Below, piece by piece: positions 55,939 to 64,000 of a stretch of DNA of 64,000 bases (positions within the stretch are counted from its first letter, which is position 1; each line of letters begins with the position of its first letter). A program made the position numbers and the translations under genes. Origin of the DNA: Alphaproteobacteria bacterium (GTDB lineage: Bacteria > Pseudomonadota > Alphaproteobacteria > SP197); assembly GCA_016869675.1 (NCBI GenBank), contig VGDP01000010.1, forward strand, positions 5,090 through 69,089. Reading direction: 5' to 3'. The notes beneath the pieces were generated by a model. It did not search any database and was not told where the DNA came from. It saw only the letters and a list, made by a program, of their open reading frames with translations.

Positions 55939-57276
55939 ATGGCGTTCCCGACCCACACCAAGTACCTGATCATCGGCGCCGGCATCCACGGCGTGTCCAC
56001 CGCGTGGCACCTGGCCAAGGAGCTCAAGGCGCGCGGCAAGGGCGACGGCCGCGACATCCTGGTGATCGACAAGACCGGCATCGCGGCGGGTGCCAGCGGC
56101 GTGGCCTGCGGCGTGGTGCGCAACAACTACTACCAGCCCGCCATGCGCGAACTGATGGCCGAGTGCGTGGCCGTGTGGGAAAGCGACCCCAAGGCGTTCA
56201 GCTATCACCCGGTCGGCTACATGCAGATCAGCCCCGAGGTCATGCACGCCGGCTGCGCCGAGATCTACGAGCAGCAGAAGGCTATCGGCTACACCTCGTC
56301 CTTCATCGAGGGCGAAGCCGACTGCATGAAGTACATGAAGGGCATCTTCTCGGACTGGCGCGCCAAGGGCATCACCAACGTGCTGCACGAGAAGAAGGGC
56401 GGCTACTCCAACCAGACGCGCGCCATGTACGGACTGGCCGGCAAGGCCGAGGCTGAGGGCGTGCGCATCCTGACCGGCGTGAAGGCGACCGGCTTCAAGG
56501 CCGACGGCAAGGGCATCAGCGCGGTCGAGACCGACCGGGGCACCATCCAGTGCGACCAGGTGATCGTCGGCGCCGGCCCGTGGGTCCGCCACATCTGGGA
56601 CATGCTCGACCTGCCCAAGACCGTCGACATCAAGGGTCGCGACGGCACCATGCATCGCAACATTCCGATGTGGACGTACTGGTGCCTGGAGGAAGGCACG
56701 CTCGGCGTCGATCCGGACCTTCAGAAGACCAACGAAGGCAAGATGCCGCCGGTCATCCACGTCGACACCGACGCGCCGCTCCACTCGGACGTGGACGGCT
56801 CGCTGATTACCGACAAGATGTGGGGCATCTACTACAAGCCCGACTTCCACTTCGGCGGCGTGCAGGGCGGCGCCATGCCCTACAAGGTCGAGACGCCGGT
56901 GGACAAGGTGGCGGTCGATCCCTACGGACCCGATTCGCCCGACTTCATCGTCGGCGACGACTTCGCCCACATGTGGTGCTCGGCGCTGGCCTTCTGCCAG
57001 GAACGCTTCTCGGGCCAGATCGCGAAGTGGAAGAAGGAACCCTCGGGCGGGCTCGGCTGCTTCACGCCCGACAACTTCCCGGTGTTCGACCGCTTCCGCG
57101 ACAACGTCTACATCATCGCCGACAGCAACCACGGCTGGAAGATGATCGGCGTCGGCAAGCTGGTGGCGAAGGAGCTGATGGGCGAGACGAGCCGCATCCT
57201 CGAGCCGTTCCGCTTCAGTCGCTACGCCGAGGGCAAGCTGCATCCGACGTCTTCGAGCCCGTTCCCGTGGAGCTGA
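55939..57276 (+). CDS. FAD-dependent oxidoreductase (DAO superfamily), 445 aa
   Basis: KYLIIGAGIHGVSTAWHLAKEL dinucleotide-binding motif. Lies between the GntR regulator and the GS-like gene. Candidate amine or N-methyl-amino-acid dehydrogenase. Confidence 0.75.
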   Translation: MAFPTHTKYLIIGAGIHGVSTAWHLAKELKARGKGDGRDILVIDKTGIAAGASGVACGVVRNNYYQPAMRELMAECVAVWESDPKAFSYHPVGYMQISPEVMHAGCAEIYEQQKAIGYTSSFIEGEADCMKYMKGIFSDWRAKGITNVLHEKKGGYSNQTRAMYGLAGKAEAEGVRILTGVKATGFKADGKGISAVETDRGTIQCDQVIVGAGPWVRHIWDMLDLPKTVDIKGRDGTMHRNIPMWTYWCLEEGTLGVDPDLQKTNEGKMPPVIHVDTDAPLHSDVDGSLITDKMWGIYYKPDFHFGGVQGGAMPYKVETPVDKVAVDPYGPDSPDFIVGDDFAHMWCSALAFCQERFSGQIAKWKKEPSGGLGCFTPDNFPVFDRFRDNVYIIADSNHGWKMIGVGKLVAKELMGETSRILEPFRFSRYAEGKLHPTSSSPFPWS

Positions 57277-57413
57277 GCGGGCCGCGTTGACAAGGGCGCG
57301 GAGCCAGCGCCAATGTCCGCCGGCCCCGCGAACGGCCCGCCACGGCGCGGGCGGTTGCGAAGCGGGGACGTGCGCCGGGCTAAGGTCCGGGCAACAGAGG
57401 AGGGAACGCACGC

Positions 57414-58883
57414 ATGACTGACCTGGAAACCTACGTCGCCGACAAGAAGCGCAAGGAGCTGGTGAAGCAGGTCCGCGCCAAGATCAAGCAGCTCGGGATC
57501 CAGTACATCTACTACCAGTTCATCTCGGTCACGGGCCGCATCGTCGGCAAGGGCATCCCGTCGGACCACTGGGAATCGACCGCCGAGCGGGGCTTCCAGC
57601 TCGTCTACGGCTCGACCGCCAACCTGTTCGTCGATCGCCGCGGCCAGTACATCGGCTACGGCCCCGAGGCCTCGGAGCTGGTCGGCATCCCCGACCCCGA
57701 GACGTTCTGCCAGCTGCCCTGGGACAAGCGCGTCGCGCGCGTCTTCTGTACGCTTTTCCGCAACCGCGAGGAGACGAAGGACCCGGGCGCGTTCCTGAGT
57801 TCGGACTGCCGCGGCAACCTCCGGCGCATCGAGGAGCAGTTCAAGAAGGATCACACGGGCCTGCATCTGCGCCACGGCACCGAGCCCGAGATGATGTGGC
57901 TCAAGAAGGGCGAGGACGGCCGGCCCGCCGGCGGCATGACGAGGCCGCACTGTTACCACATCGGCCAGTTCGAGACGCTGCGCCCAATCATCATGCGCGT
58001 GCTGGAGTACGGCCGCGCCATGGGCCTGGACATGATCCAGGGCGACCACGAGGACGCGCCCGGCCAGCTCGAGCTGAACTGGATGTTCGACACGGCGATG
58101 CACACCGCCGACCGGCTGACCACCTACCGCCAGATCTGCGCGGCGGTGGGGCGCGAGTTCGACGTCATCCCATGCTTCATGTCGAAGCCCTACATGGGTG
58201 TCTCGGCCAGCGGCTGCCACCACAACCTGTCGCTGTGGCGCGGCGGCGAGGAGACCATGAATACGCTGGGCAACAGCAGCCCGTTGCCCGGCATGGACGA
58301 CGTGTTCGTCTACACCAAGGGTGGCGAGAACACGTTCATGCCCGAGAAGGGCCAGAAAAAGCCGGGCAAGATCGGCCTGATGTCGATCGGCGGCGTCATC
58401 GAGCATCTGCCGGCGCTGACCGCGATCGGCTGCTCGACGGTCAACTCGTACCGCCGGTTGTGGGACGCGGGCTTCTGGGCGCCGGTCTATGCCGACTGGG
58501 GCTATCAGAACCGCACCTGCGGCCTGCGCGTCTCGGCGCCCGGCCGGTTCGAGTACCGGGCCGTCGATTCGATGGTCAACCCGTACCTGATGGCCGGCGC
58601 TATCTACAAGGCGTTCGACGACGGCATCAAGCGCAAGCTGGATCCGGGCGAGCCCGAGAGCCGCAACATCTACGAGGCCATGGACGCGGGCAAGGTCGTG
58701 CACAAGCTGCCCATGAACCTGGGCGACGCACTGGCCTCGCTGGACCGCGATAAGGTCATCAAGTCGGCGATGCCCGACGAGATGTACCGGGTGTTCACCC
58801 ACTACAAGCGCGACGAGTGGGAGCGTTTCCTCGGCACCACGACCGAGTGGGACATGAACACCTACTGGGACTGCCTGCCCTAG
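57414..58883 (+). CDS. glutamine synthetase family protein (GlnT / gamma-glutamyl-amine synthetase GmaS-like)
   Basis: GS catalytic-domain pattern (EPEMMWL, HHNLSLW, RV...GRFEYR). 489 aa. Precedes a split glutamate-synthase-like triplet, as in the glnT-glxBCD and gmaS-mgsABC operons. Confidence 0.75.
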   Translation: MTDLETYVADKKRKELVKQVRAKIKQLGIQYIYYQFISVTGRIVGKGIPSDHWESTAERGFQLVYGSTANLFVDRRGQYIGYGPEASELVGIPDPETFCQLPWDKRVARVFCTLFRNREETKDPGAFLSSDCRGNLRRIEEQFKKDHTGLHLRHGTEPEMMWLKKGEDGRPAGGMTRPHCYHIGQFETLRPIIMRVLEYGRAMGLDMIQGDHEDAPGQLELNWMFDTAMHTADRLTTYRQICAAVGREFDVIPCFMSKPYMGVSASGCHHNLSLWRGGEETMNTLGNSSPLPGMDDVFVYTKGGENTFMPEKGQKKPGKIGLMSIGGVIEHLPALTAIGCSTVNSYRRLWDAGFWAPVYADWGYQNRTCGLRVSAPGRFEYRAVDSMVNPYLMAGAIYKAFDDGIKRKLDPGEPESRNIYEAMDAGKVVHKLPMNLGDALASLDRDKVIKSAMPDEMYRVFTHYKRDEWERFLGTTTEWDMNTYWDCLP

Positions 58884-58953
58884 GGCCGGCACGGACGCGT
58901 GGGGCGGCGGCCTCGAGGCCGTCGCCCCCTTCAACCAAGGGAGCAACACCGCC

Positions 58954-59889
58954 ATGTGTGGCATCGCGGGCATCATCCATCGCGGCAAGAGGGTCGACAT
59001 CGGGTCCGAGATGACCTCGATGCTGCGGGCGCTCAAGCACCGCGGACCGGACTCGACCGGCTTCGCCGTCTACGGCGAGCCGAAGTCGGGCGAGCTGGTC
59101 ATGCGCTTCAAGGTCGCCGAGCAGGAGGACCTGAAGAAGGGCTTCGACATCCACCGCGCCATCGAGGAGCGCCGCACCACCGTGGACGAGCGCATCCGCG
59201 GGCTCGGTGGCGAGATCGTCGAGGTGGCGCAGGCGACTGAGTACGCCCATCGCTACTGCATCAAGTACGACGGCGACATGCGCAAGTTCGCCGACTTCAT
59301 CGAGGACATCGAGGGCGTCGAGATCCTGTCGCTGGGCACCTCGCTCGAGCTGATCAAGGACCTGGGCGACGCCAACGTCGTCGCCGACCAGTACAAGCTG
59401 CGCGGCTTCTCGGGCAGCCACGCAATCGGCCACACGCGCATGGCGACCGAGTCGGACGTCGACATCCGCTCGGCGCACCCCTACTGGGCCTACCCGTTCC
59501 ACGACATCTCGGTCGTGCACAACGGCCAGCTCACCAATTACTGGAACGGCCGCCGCGCGCTCGAGCGCAGGGGTCACCGGTTCATGTCGAACTGCGATTC
59601 CGAGTTGATCGCCGTGTACGTCGCCGACAAGCTGCAGGACGGCGTGGCGCTGGAGGAGACGCTCGAGCGTTCGATTCGCGAACTCGACGGCGTGTTCACC
59701 TACCTGGTGGCGACGTCGGACGCGCTTGGCATGGCCAAGGACACCATGGCGGCCAAGCCGATGGTGCTGTTCGAGAGCGACGACATCGTCGCGCTCGCCT
59801 CCGAGGAAGTCGCGATCCGCAGCGTGCTGCCGCGCGAGATCGATACCTACGATCCCTATGACGAAGAGGTGAAGGTATGGCGAAGCTAG
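58954..59889 (+). CDS. class II glutamine amidotransferase-domain protein (GlxB/MgsA-like)
   Basis: N-terminal MCGIAGII (the Cys2 nucleophile). 311 aa. Corresponds to the GltB N-terminal domain. Confidence 0.8.
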   Translation: MCGIAGIIHRGKRVDIGSEMTSMLRALKHRGPDSTGFAVYGEPKSGELVMRFKVAEQEDLKKGFDIHRAIEERRTTVDERIRGLGGEIVEVAQATEYAHRYCIKYDGDMRKFADFIEDIEGVEILSLGTSLELIKDLGDANVVADQYKLRGFSGSHAIGHTRMATESDVDIRSAHPYWAYPFHDISVVHNGQLTNYWNGRRALERRGHRFMSNCDSELIAVYVADKLQDGVALEETLERSIRELDGVFTYLVATSDALGMAKDTMAAKPMVLFESDDIVALASEEVAIRSVLPREIDTYDPYDEEVKVWRS

Positions 59890-60734
59890 AGCGCGCCAAG
59901 AGCGAGCATCCATCCCATGCGATGGGCTGGCACGTCCAGCCCCTGAAGGGACGGAGCATCCAGGCGTTCTTCTCGATCGAGGATGACGGCGAGAACTTCA
60001 CGTACCCGGACGCCTTCGACGTCGACTTCAACAAGCGGGCTGAGTTCGACGCCCGGGCCTTGGACGGCCCGGCGATCAACCGCAAGATCCGCCAGTTGAT
60101 GAGCGAGGGCTACGGCTGGATCGTGGTCAGGAACCCGCTGGCCAAGCATTCGCTGGGCGTCGGCATCCTGCAGAAGCTGAAGCTCGATTTCGATGGCAGT
60201 CTCGGCTACTTCGGCGTCGGCCTGATCGACGGGCCGAACGTGCGCATCAAGGGCCGTGTCGGCTGGTCGTGCGCCGAGAACATGATGTCGGGCGTGGTCG
60301 TCATCGAGAAGAACGCCGGCTCCACCTTCGGCGCGGCGATCCGCGGCGGCGACCTGGTGTGCAAGGGCGACGTGGGCGCGCGCACGGGCATCGACCAGAA
60401 GGGCGGCTCGATCCTGATCGGTGGCCGCACCGGCGCGTTCTCCGGCTTCATGATGCAGCGCGGCCGCATGGTTGTGTGCGGCGACGCCGGCAAGAACCTG
60501 GGCGATTCCATGTACGACGGCACGATCTTCGTCGGTGGCGCGATCCAGTCGCTGGGCGTGGACGCGATCGAGGCCGAACTGACGGCGCTCGACGTCGCGT
60601 GGCTCACGCGCAAACTCGGCATGTACGGGCTGGAGCCGAAGAACGGCATCCGCAACATGACCAAGATCGTCGCGGGCAAGCAGCTCTGGAGCTACGACAA
60701 TCTGGAGCCCGCCGAAAAGAAGCTGGTGCTGTAG
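59877..60734 (+). CDS. GXGXG-motif protein (glutamate synthase C-terminal-domain-like; GlxC/MgsB-like)
   Basis: Repeated G-x-x-G-x-x-G beta-helix motifs (GDVGARTGIDQKGGSILIGGRTGAFSG, VVCGDAGKNLGD). 285 aa. Overlaps the upstream gene. Confidence 0.8.
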   Translation: MAKLERAKSEHPSHAMGWHVQPLKGRSIQAFFSIEDDGENFTYPDAFDVDFNKRAEFDARALDGPAINRKIRQLMSEGYGWIVVRNPLAKHSLGVGILQKLKLDFDGSLGYFGVGLIDGPNVRIKGRVGWSCAENMMSGVVVIEKNAGSTFGAAIRGGDLVCKGDVGARTGIDQKGGSILIGGRTGAFSGFMMQRGRMVVCGDAGKNLGDSMYDGTIFVGGAIQSLGVDAIEAELTALDVAWLTRKLGMYGLEPKNGIRNMTKIVAGKQLWSYDNLEPAEKKLVL

Positions 60735-60755
60735 GCGGACGAGGGGAACATCATC

Positions 60756-62168
60756 ATGGCCACCAAGCGCAAGGACGCCGTCAAGGCACGGGTCGCACCC
60801 GCGGCCAAGAAGCCGGCGCGCAACAAGGACATCCTGGGCCAGAACTTCCTGTTCACGCCCACGGTGATCGACGACATCCACATCAAGGCCGCGCTGGGCC
60901 GCTACCGCATGCGCGGCATGGCCCTGTTCAAGAAGATCCCCACGTGGGACGACCTGACCTTCCTGCCCGGCACGCTGACCCGCTTCGTCATCGAGGGCTA
61001 TCGCGAGAAGTGCCTGACCAAGACGATCATCGGGCCCAAGGCGAAGCGCCCCATCGAGCTGGACATCCCCGTCTACATCACGGGCATGAGCTTCGGCGCG
61101 CTGAGCTTCGAGGCGAAGATCGCGCTGGCGCGCGGCGCCACCATGGCGGGCACCGCCACGTGCTCGGGCGAAGGCGGCATGATCCCCGACGAGCGACGCT
61201 TCTCCGAGAAGTGGTTCTACCAGTGCATCCAGTCGCGCTACGGCTTCAACCCGCACCACGCGCAGCTCGCTGACGGCATCGAGATCTTCATCGGCCAGGG
61301 CTGCAAGGTCGGCCTTGGCGGCCACCTGATGGGTCAGAAGGTGACCGACCAGGTCGCCGAGATGCGCAGCCTGCCCGCGGGCATCGACCAGCGCTCGCCG
61401 GCCCGCCATCCCGACTGGCTCGGCCCCGACGACCTCGCGCTCAAGATCAACGAGCTGCGCGAGGCGACCGACGGCCAGATCCCGATCCAGCTCAAGCTGG
61501 GCGCCGCGCGCGTCTATGACGACGTGCGCATGGCGGCCAAGACCGGGCCGGACTCGATCTACCTGGACGGCATGGAAGGCTCGACCGGCGCCGGCCCGCA
61601 CCTGGCGACCGAGGAGACCGGCGTGCCCGGCATCGCGGCGATCCGCCAGGCGCGCCGTGCGCTCGACGACGTGGGCAAGTCCGGCGAGATCAGCTTGGTC
61701 TACGCCGGCGGCATCCGCAACGGCGGCGACCTAGCCAAGGCGCTGGCGCTGGGTGCCGACGCGGTCGCCATCGGCACCTCCGCCATGGTCGCGCTCAACT
61801 GCAACAAGGACATCCCGGGCGCCAACTACGAGGAGACCATCGGCGTGCCGGCCGGGTACTGCTACCACTGCCACACCGGGCGCTGCCCGGTGGGCGTGGC
61901 GACGCAGGACCCTAAGCTGCGCTCGCGGCTCGATCCCGATCAGGCGGCCGAGCGCGTCTACAACTTCCTGCACACGCTGACCATGGAGTGCCAGATGATG
62001 GCGCGCGCGTGCGGCAAGACCGACGTGCATAGCCTGGAACCCGAGGACCTGGCGGCGCTCACCATGGAAGCCTCGGCGCTGGCCGGCGTACCCATGGCCG
62101 GCACCGACTACACGGTGGGCTACGAGGACTACCACCACCTCAAGATGCGCCACGGAGGGAACGAGTAA
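60756..62168 (+). CDS. FMN-binding glutamate synthase family protein (GltB central domain; GlxD/MgsC-like), with a basic N-terminal tail
   Basis: Motifs GEGGM, GQGCKVGLGGHL and LDGMEGSTGAGP, plus the Fe-S cysteines CYHCHTGRCPVG. N-terminus MATKRKDAVKARVAPAAKKPARNKD. Confidence 0.8.
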   Translation: MATKRKDAVKARVAPAAKKPARNKDILGQNFLFTPTVIDDIHIKAALGRYRMRGMALFKKIPTWDDLTFLPGTLTRFVIEGYREKCLTKTIIGPKAKRPIELDIPVYITGMSFGALSFEAKIALARGATMAGTATCSGEGGMIPDERRFSEKWFYQCIQSRYGFNPHHAQLADGIEIFIGQGCKVGLGGHLMGQKVTDQVAEMRSLPAGIDQRSPARHPDWLGPDDLALKINELREATDGQIPIQLKLGAARVYDDVRMAAKTGPDSIYLDGMEGSTGAGPHLATEETGVPGIAAIRQARRALDDVGKSGEISLVYAGGIRNGGDLAKALALGADAVAIGTSAMVALNCNKDIPGANYEETIGVPAGYCYHCHTGRCPVGVATQDPKLRSRLDPDQAAERVYNFLHTLTMECQMMARACGKTDVHSLEPEDLAALTMEASALAGVPMAGTDYTVGYEDYHHLKMRHGGNE

Positions 62169-62701
62169 TGGCCACGAAGTCGAAGGCCGGGGCGAAGGCC
62201 CGGGCAAAGGCCAAGGCGCCCGCGCGCGGCAAGGCCGCGGCCGCCAAGAAGGCCCCCGTGCGCGCGGCGGTCAAGGCCGCCAAGGGCCGCAAGAAGGAGA
62301 TGATCTCGGCGGGCAAGACCACCGTCGACATCGATCACTTCCTCAAGACCAAGGGTCTGGATACCGAGCGCGAGAAGATCATCGGCCAGCACATCGGCTA
62401 CCGCTACGACGTCAACCTGCTGCCCGACTACGATCGGCTGACGCCGTTCCTGCGCACGTACATCGAGACGATGGGCTGGGATGACCTCAACTGGCTGGAG
62501 GACGTGCACCTCGGCTACGAGGACGGCCGGCCGGCGATCTTCGATCGCAACATCAACGGCTGGGTCAGCATGCCCAAGGGCATCAAGCTGCCCGACAACC
62601 AGCAGGACCGCGACATGCTGGCGCGCGAGCTGCTCATCAAGTTCCAGATGAGCCAGAAGCACCCGCTCTACCAGCTCAAGCAGATCTACAAGAAGTTCTG
62701 A
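62168..62701 (+). CDS. hypothetical protein: 45-aa Lys/Ala-rich N-terminal tail plus a 130-aa domain I do not recognise
   Basis: Start overlaps the stop of the preceding gene (TAATG). N-terminus MATKSKAGAKARAKAKAPARGKAAAAKKAPVRAAVKAAKGRKKE. The C-terminal domain (HFLKTKGLDTEREKIIGQHIGYRYDVNLLPDYDRL...WLEDVHLGYEDGRP) has plausible globular composition. Confidence 0.55.
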   Translation: MATKSKAGAKARAKAKAPARGKAAAAKKAPVRAAVKAAKGRKKEMISAGKTTVDIDHFLKTKGLDTEREKIIGQHIGYRYDVNLLPDYDRLTPFLRTYIETMGWDDLNWLEDVHLGYEDGRPAIFDRNINGWVSMPKGIKLPDNQQDRDMLARELLIKFQMSQKHPLYQLKQIYKKF

Positions 62702-62731
62702 GGCTACGCGGATTGCGACGGTTCGTGGGGG

Positions 62732-62760
62732 GGGGCGGGTCTGGGACCCGCCCCTACGCG
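62732..62760. repeat. palindromic GC-rich element GGGGCGGGTCTGGGACCCGCCCCTACG; copy 2 of 2
   Basis: Differs from the copy at 9709 by one base. Located between convergent genes. Confidence 0.7.
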
Positions 62761-62770
62761 TTTGTGGCGC

Positions 62771-63373
62771 CTACCAACCGCGCGTGGGGCGCGGCGGCGC
62801 CTCGACCGGCGGGAAGGCGGTGGCCATCGACCAGTCGGGCGTGAAAGCCAGCACCTGGGGCTCCGGCGGCATCGCCGGGTTGAACAGCGCGTTGTGCCAG
62901 TAGGTCGCCTGCCACAGGGCCGAACGTTCGGCCAGGCGAGCGACCGTGCACGGCAGGCGGTAGCTCTGGCCGTACTGCTGGAAGGCGAGGACGCAGATGC
63001 GCGCGGCGAACAGGCCGCGCGCGAGTGCCGAATCGGCCGTGAACAGGGCGGTCGGCCGGTCCGTGAAGTTCTCGGGGTGTTGGTAGTAGGCCGAGGCCAG
63101 GAACTTGATCGCCGCTTCGTAGCGTTGGCGCGGGTCCTGGGTGCGCCGGACCATGTGGCGGAACTGCGCCGTGGTGGTCGCCGGGTCAAGTTCGACCAGG
63201 ATCACGGTCACGCCGTCCGCCAGCGGCTCGCCGGCGGCTGTCAGGAGCGCAGGGCGCATGCCCGGCGACGGCCGGCCACCGTCCTGGCGCACGGCCTTCT
63301 GGCGCAACCGGCACTGCCAGGCCAGGAAATGATCGCGCAACGCGTCGGCGACACGCTGGTCGGGGGCGATCAT
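62771..63373 (-). CDS. hypothetical protein (about 200 aa)
   Basis: ORF with balanced, protein-like composition. Start taken at MIAPDQRV. No recognisable motif. Confidence 0.35.
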   Translation of the reverse strand: MIAPDQRVADALRDHFLAWQCRLRQKAVRQDGGRPSPGMRPALLTAAGEPLADGVTVILVELDPATTTAQFRHMVRRTQDPRQRYEAAIKFLASAYYQHPENFTDRPTALFTADSALARGLFAARICVLAFQQYGQSYRLPCTVARLAERSALWQATYWHNALFNPAMPPEPQVLAFTPDWSMATAFPPVEAPPRPTRGW

Positions 63374-63629
63374 CGCGGGCTCGCGGTCGTGAACATCGAT
63401 CGGTAGCCTATCAGACTCGGACGACCACCACCGCACCGTGACGCGCCATCTCACTGGCGGGAAATCGCCTTGCCTGAGTTAAAAAAGGGCCTACAATCGT
63501 ACCCCGTTGGCAGGGGGCCATCTGGGGGATAGTGAACTCCCTCTTCGGGCGCTGAACCCGGCTCGGCATCGACCGCGCGAGTCACCCGCCATCGGAACGC
63601 TGACCGAGACACCTCGGAGGGGGAAGGGG

Positions 63630-64000
63630 ATGGATACGGATATCGGCGGGCTTACAGTCATCTTCACAGAATTCTACTACTGGGTCACCGTCGTGATGAT
63701 GTTCCTCATCCACGTCGGGTTCTGCGTCTACGAAGTCGGCGCGTCGCGCCGCAAAAACCTGCAGCACACCCTGATGAAGAACACGATGTTAATTCCGGTC
63801 ATCAGCGTGACGTTCTTCCTGTTCGGCTGGTGGCTGTACTGGGGCACGGTCAACGGCCCGTGGATCAACGGCGGGATCAGCGTGGCGCCGTTCGCGACGC
63901 CATGGTCCGAGCTGATGGGCACGCACATGGGTGGCGCGCCCGTGACGCCCGACCTGACGGCCGGCGATACGGCACTATGGGCGCGCGTCAACGGCGTGTT
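63630..64000 (+). CDS. ammonium/methylammonium transporter (Amt family), N-terminal part; continues beyond the window
   Basis: After a GGAGGGGGA RBS the sequence reads MDTDIGGLTVIFTEFYYWVTVVMMFLIHVGFCVYEVGASRRKNLQHTLMKN. Compare the Amt TM1-2 signature (MTPGLAFFYGGLVRRKNVLN). Confidence 0.6.
   Translation, partial: MDTDIGGLTVIFTEFYYWVTVVMMFLIHVGFCVYEVGASRRKNLQHTLMKNTMLIPVISVTFFLFGWWLYWGTVNGPWINGGISVAPFATPWSELMGTHMGGAPVTPDLTAGDTALWARVNGV

Noticed and set aside
63455-63629. Sigma-54 or NtrC-type promoter upstream of the Amt gene.
   Set aside because: There is a TTGGCA near 63531 but no properly spaced -12 GC/TTGC element. Not supportable.

Overview
This 64 kb window is a high-GC (about 70%) chromosomal region with alphaproteobacterial character. 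Genes are densely packed and often translationally coupled. No rRNA, CRISPR array, IS element or integrase was seen.

Main gene content, in order:
- RND permease, acyl-CoA ligase, O-methyltransferase and an SDR at the start of the window.
- Glutamate dehydrogenase, an orphan ABC substrate-binding protein, an ATL-like protein, ETF-ubiquinone oxidoreductase, family-4 uracil-DNA glycosylase, a DMT transporter, an Slt-type lytic transglycosylase, moaB and asd.
- A minus-strand operon of FAD oxidoreductase, MFS transporter, DUF2064 and family-2 glycosyltransferase, divergent from a SplB-like radical SAM gene. A few kb away, past folE and apaG, sits a radical SAM/Cys-rich protein (TIGR04167, ArsS-like). 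Together these look like the three-component 'rSAM/selenodomain-associated transferase' system, whose function is unknown.
- A cytochrome b561, a DedA-like protein with a MerA-like disulfide reductase, a LysR regulator, an AT-rich island with a small Lys/Ala-rich ORF and tRNA-Gly(CCC).
- frmA (glutathione-dependent formaldehyde dehydrogenase) followed by an MBL-fold hydrolase.
- metZ preceded by a SAM-II-like riboswitch. Two further SAM-II-like elements in tandem lie ahead of a sulfate-assimilation cluster: a small NIR/SIR ferredoxin-like ORF, cysH, DUF2849, cysI, DUF934 and a roughly 1150-aa GltD-like/FNR-like flavoprotein.
- An APH-like kinase, a 2OG oxygenase, chorismate mutase, a second LysR, a luciferase-like monooxygenase, an alpha/beta hydrolase, glyA and a TonB C-terminal domain gene.
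- A histidine ammonia-lyase homolog lacking the MIO triad, next to a cupin.
- A truncated Flp/Tad pilus locus (cpaA and cpaB only) with a CtrA box, a DUF488 gene, a fumarylacetoacetate-hydrolase-family gene and a kefB-like antiporter.
- A pteridine reductase-like SDR with folB, then a GntR regulator, an FAD oxidoreductase, a glutamine synthetase-like gene and a three-gene split glutamate synthase (GlxBCD/MgsABC-like), a Lys/Ala-tailed unknown protein and an Amt transporter. This last cluster looks like an amine or N-methylglutamate-type pathway.

Several conserved genes are disrupted: cysH and kefB each have two frameshifts, and the 2OG oxygenase and the TonB-like gene each have an in-frame TAA. 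This points to either indel-prone sequence or genuine gene decay.
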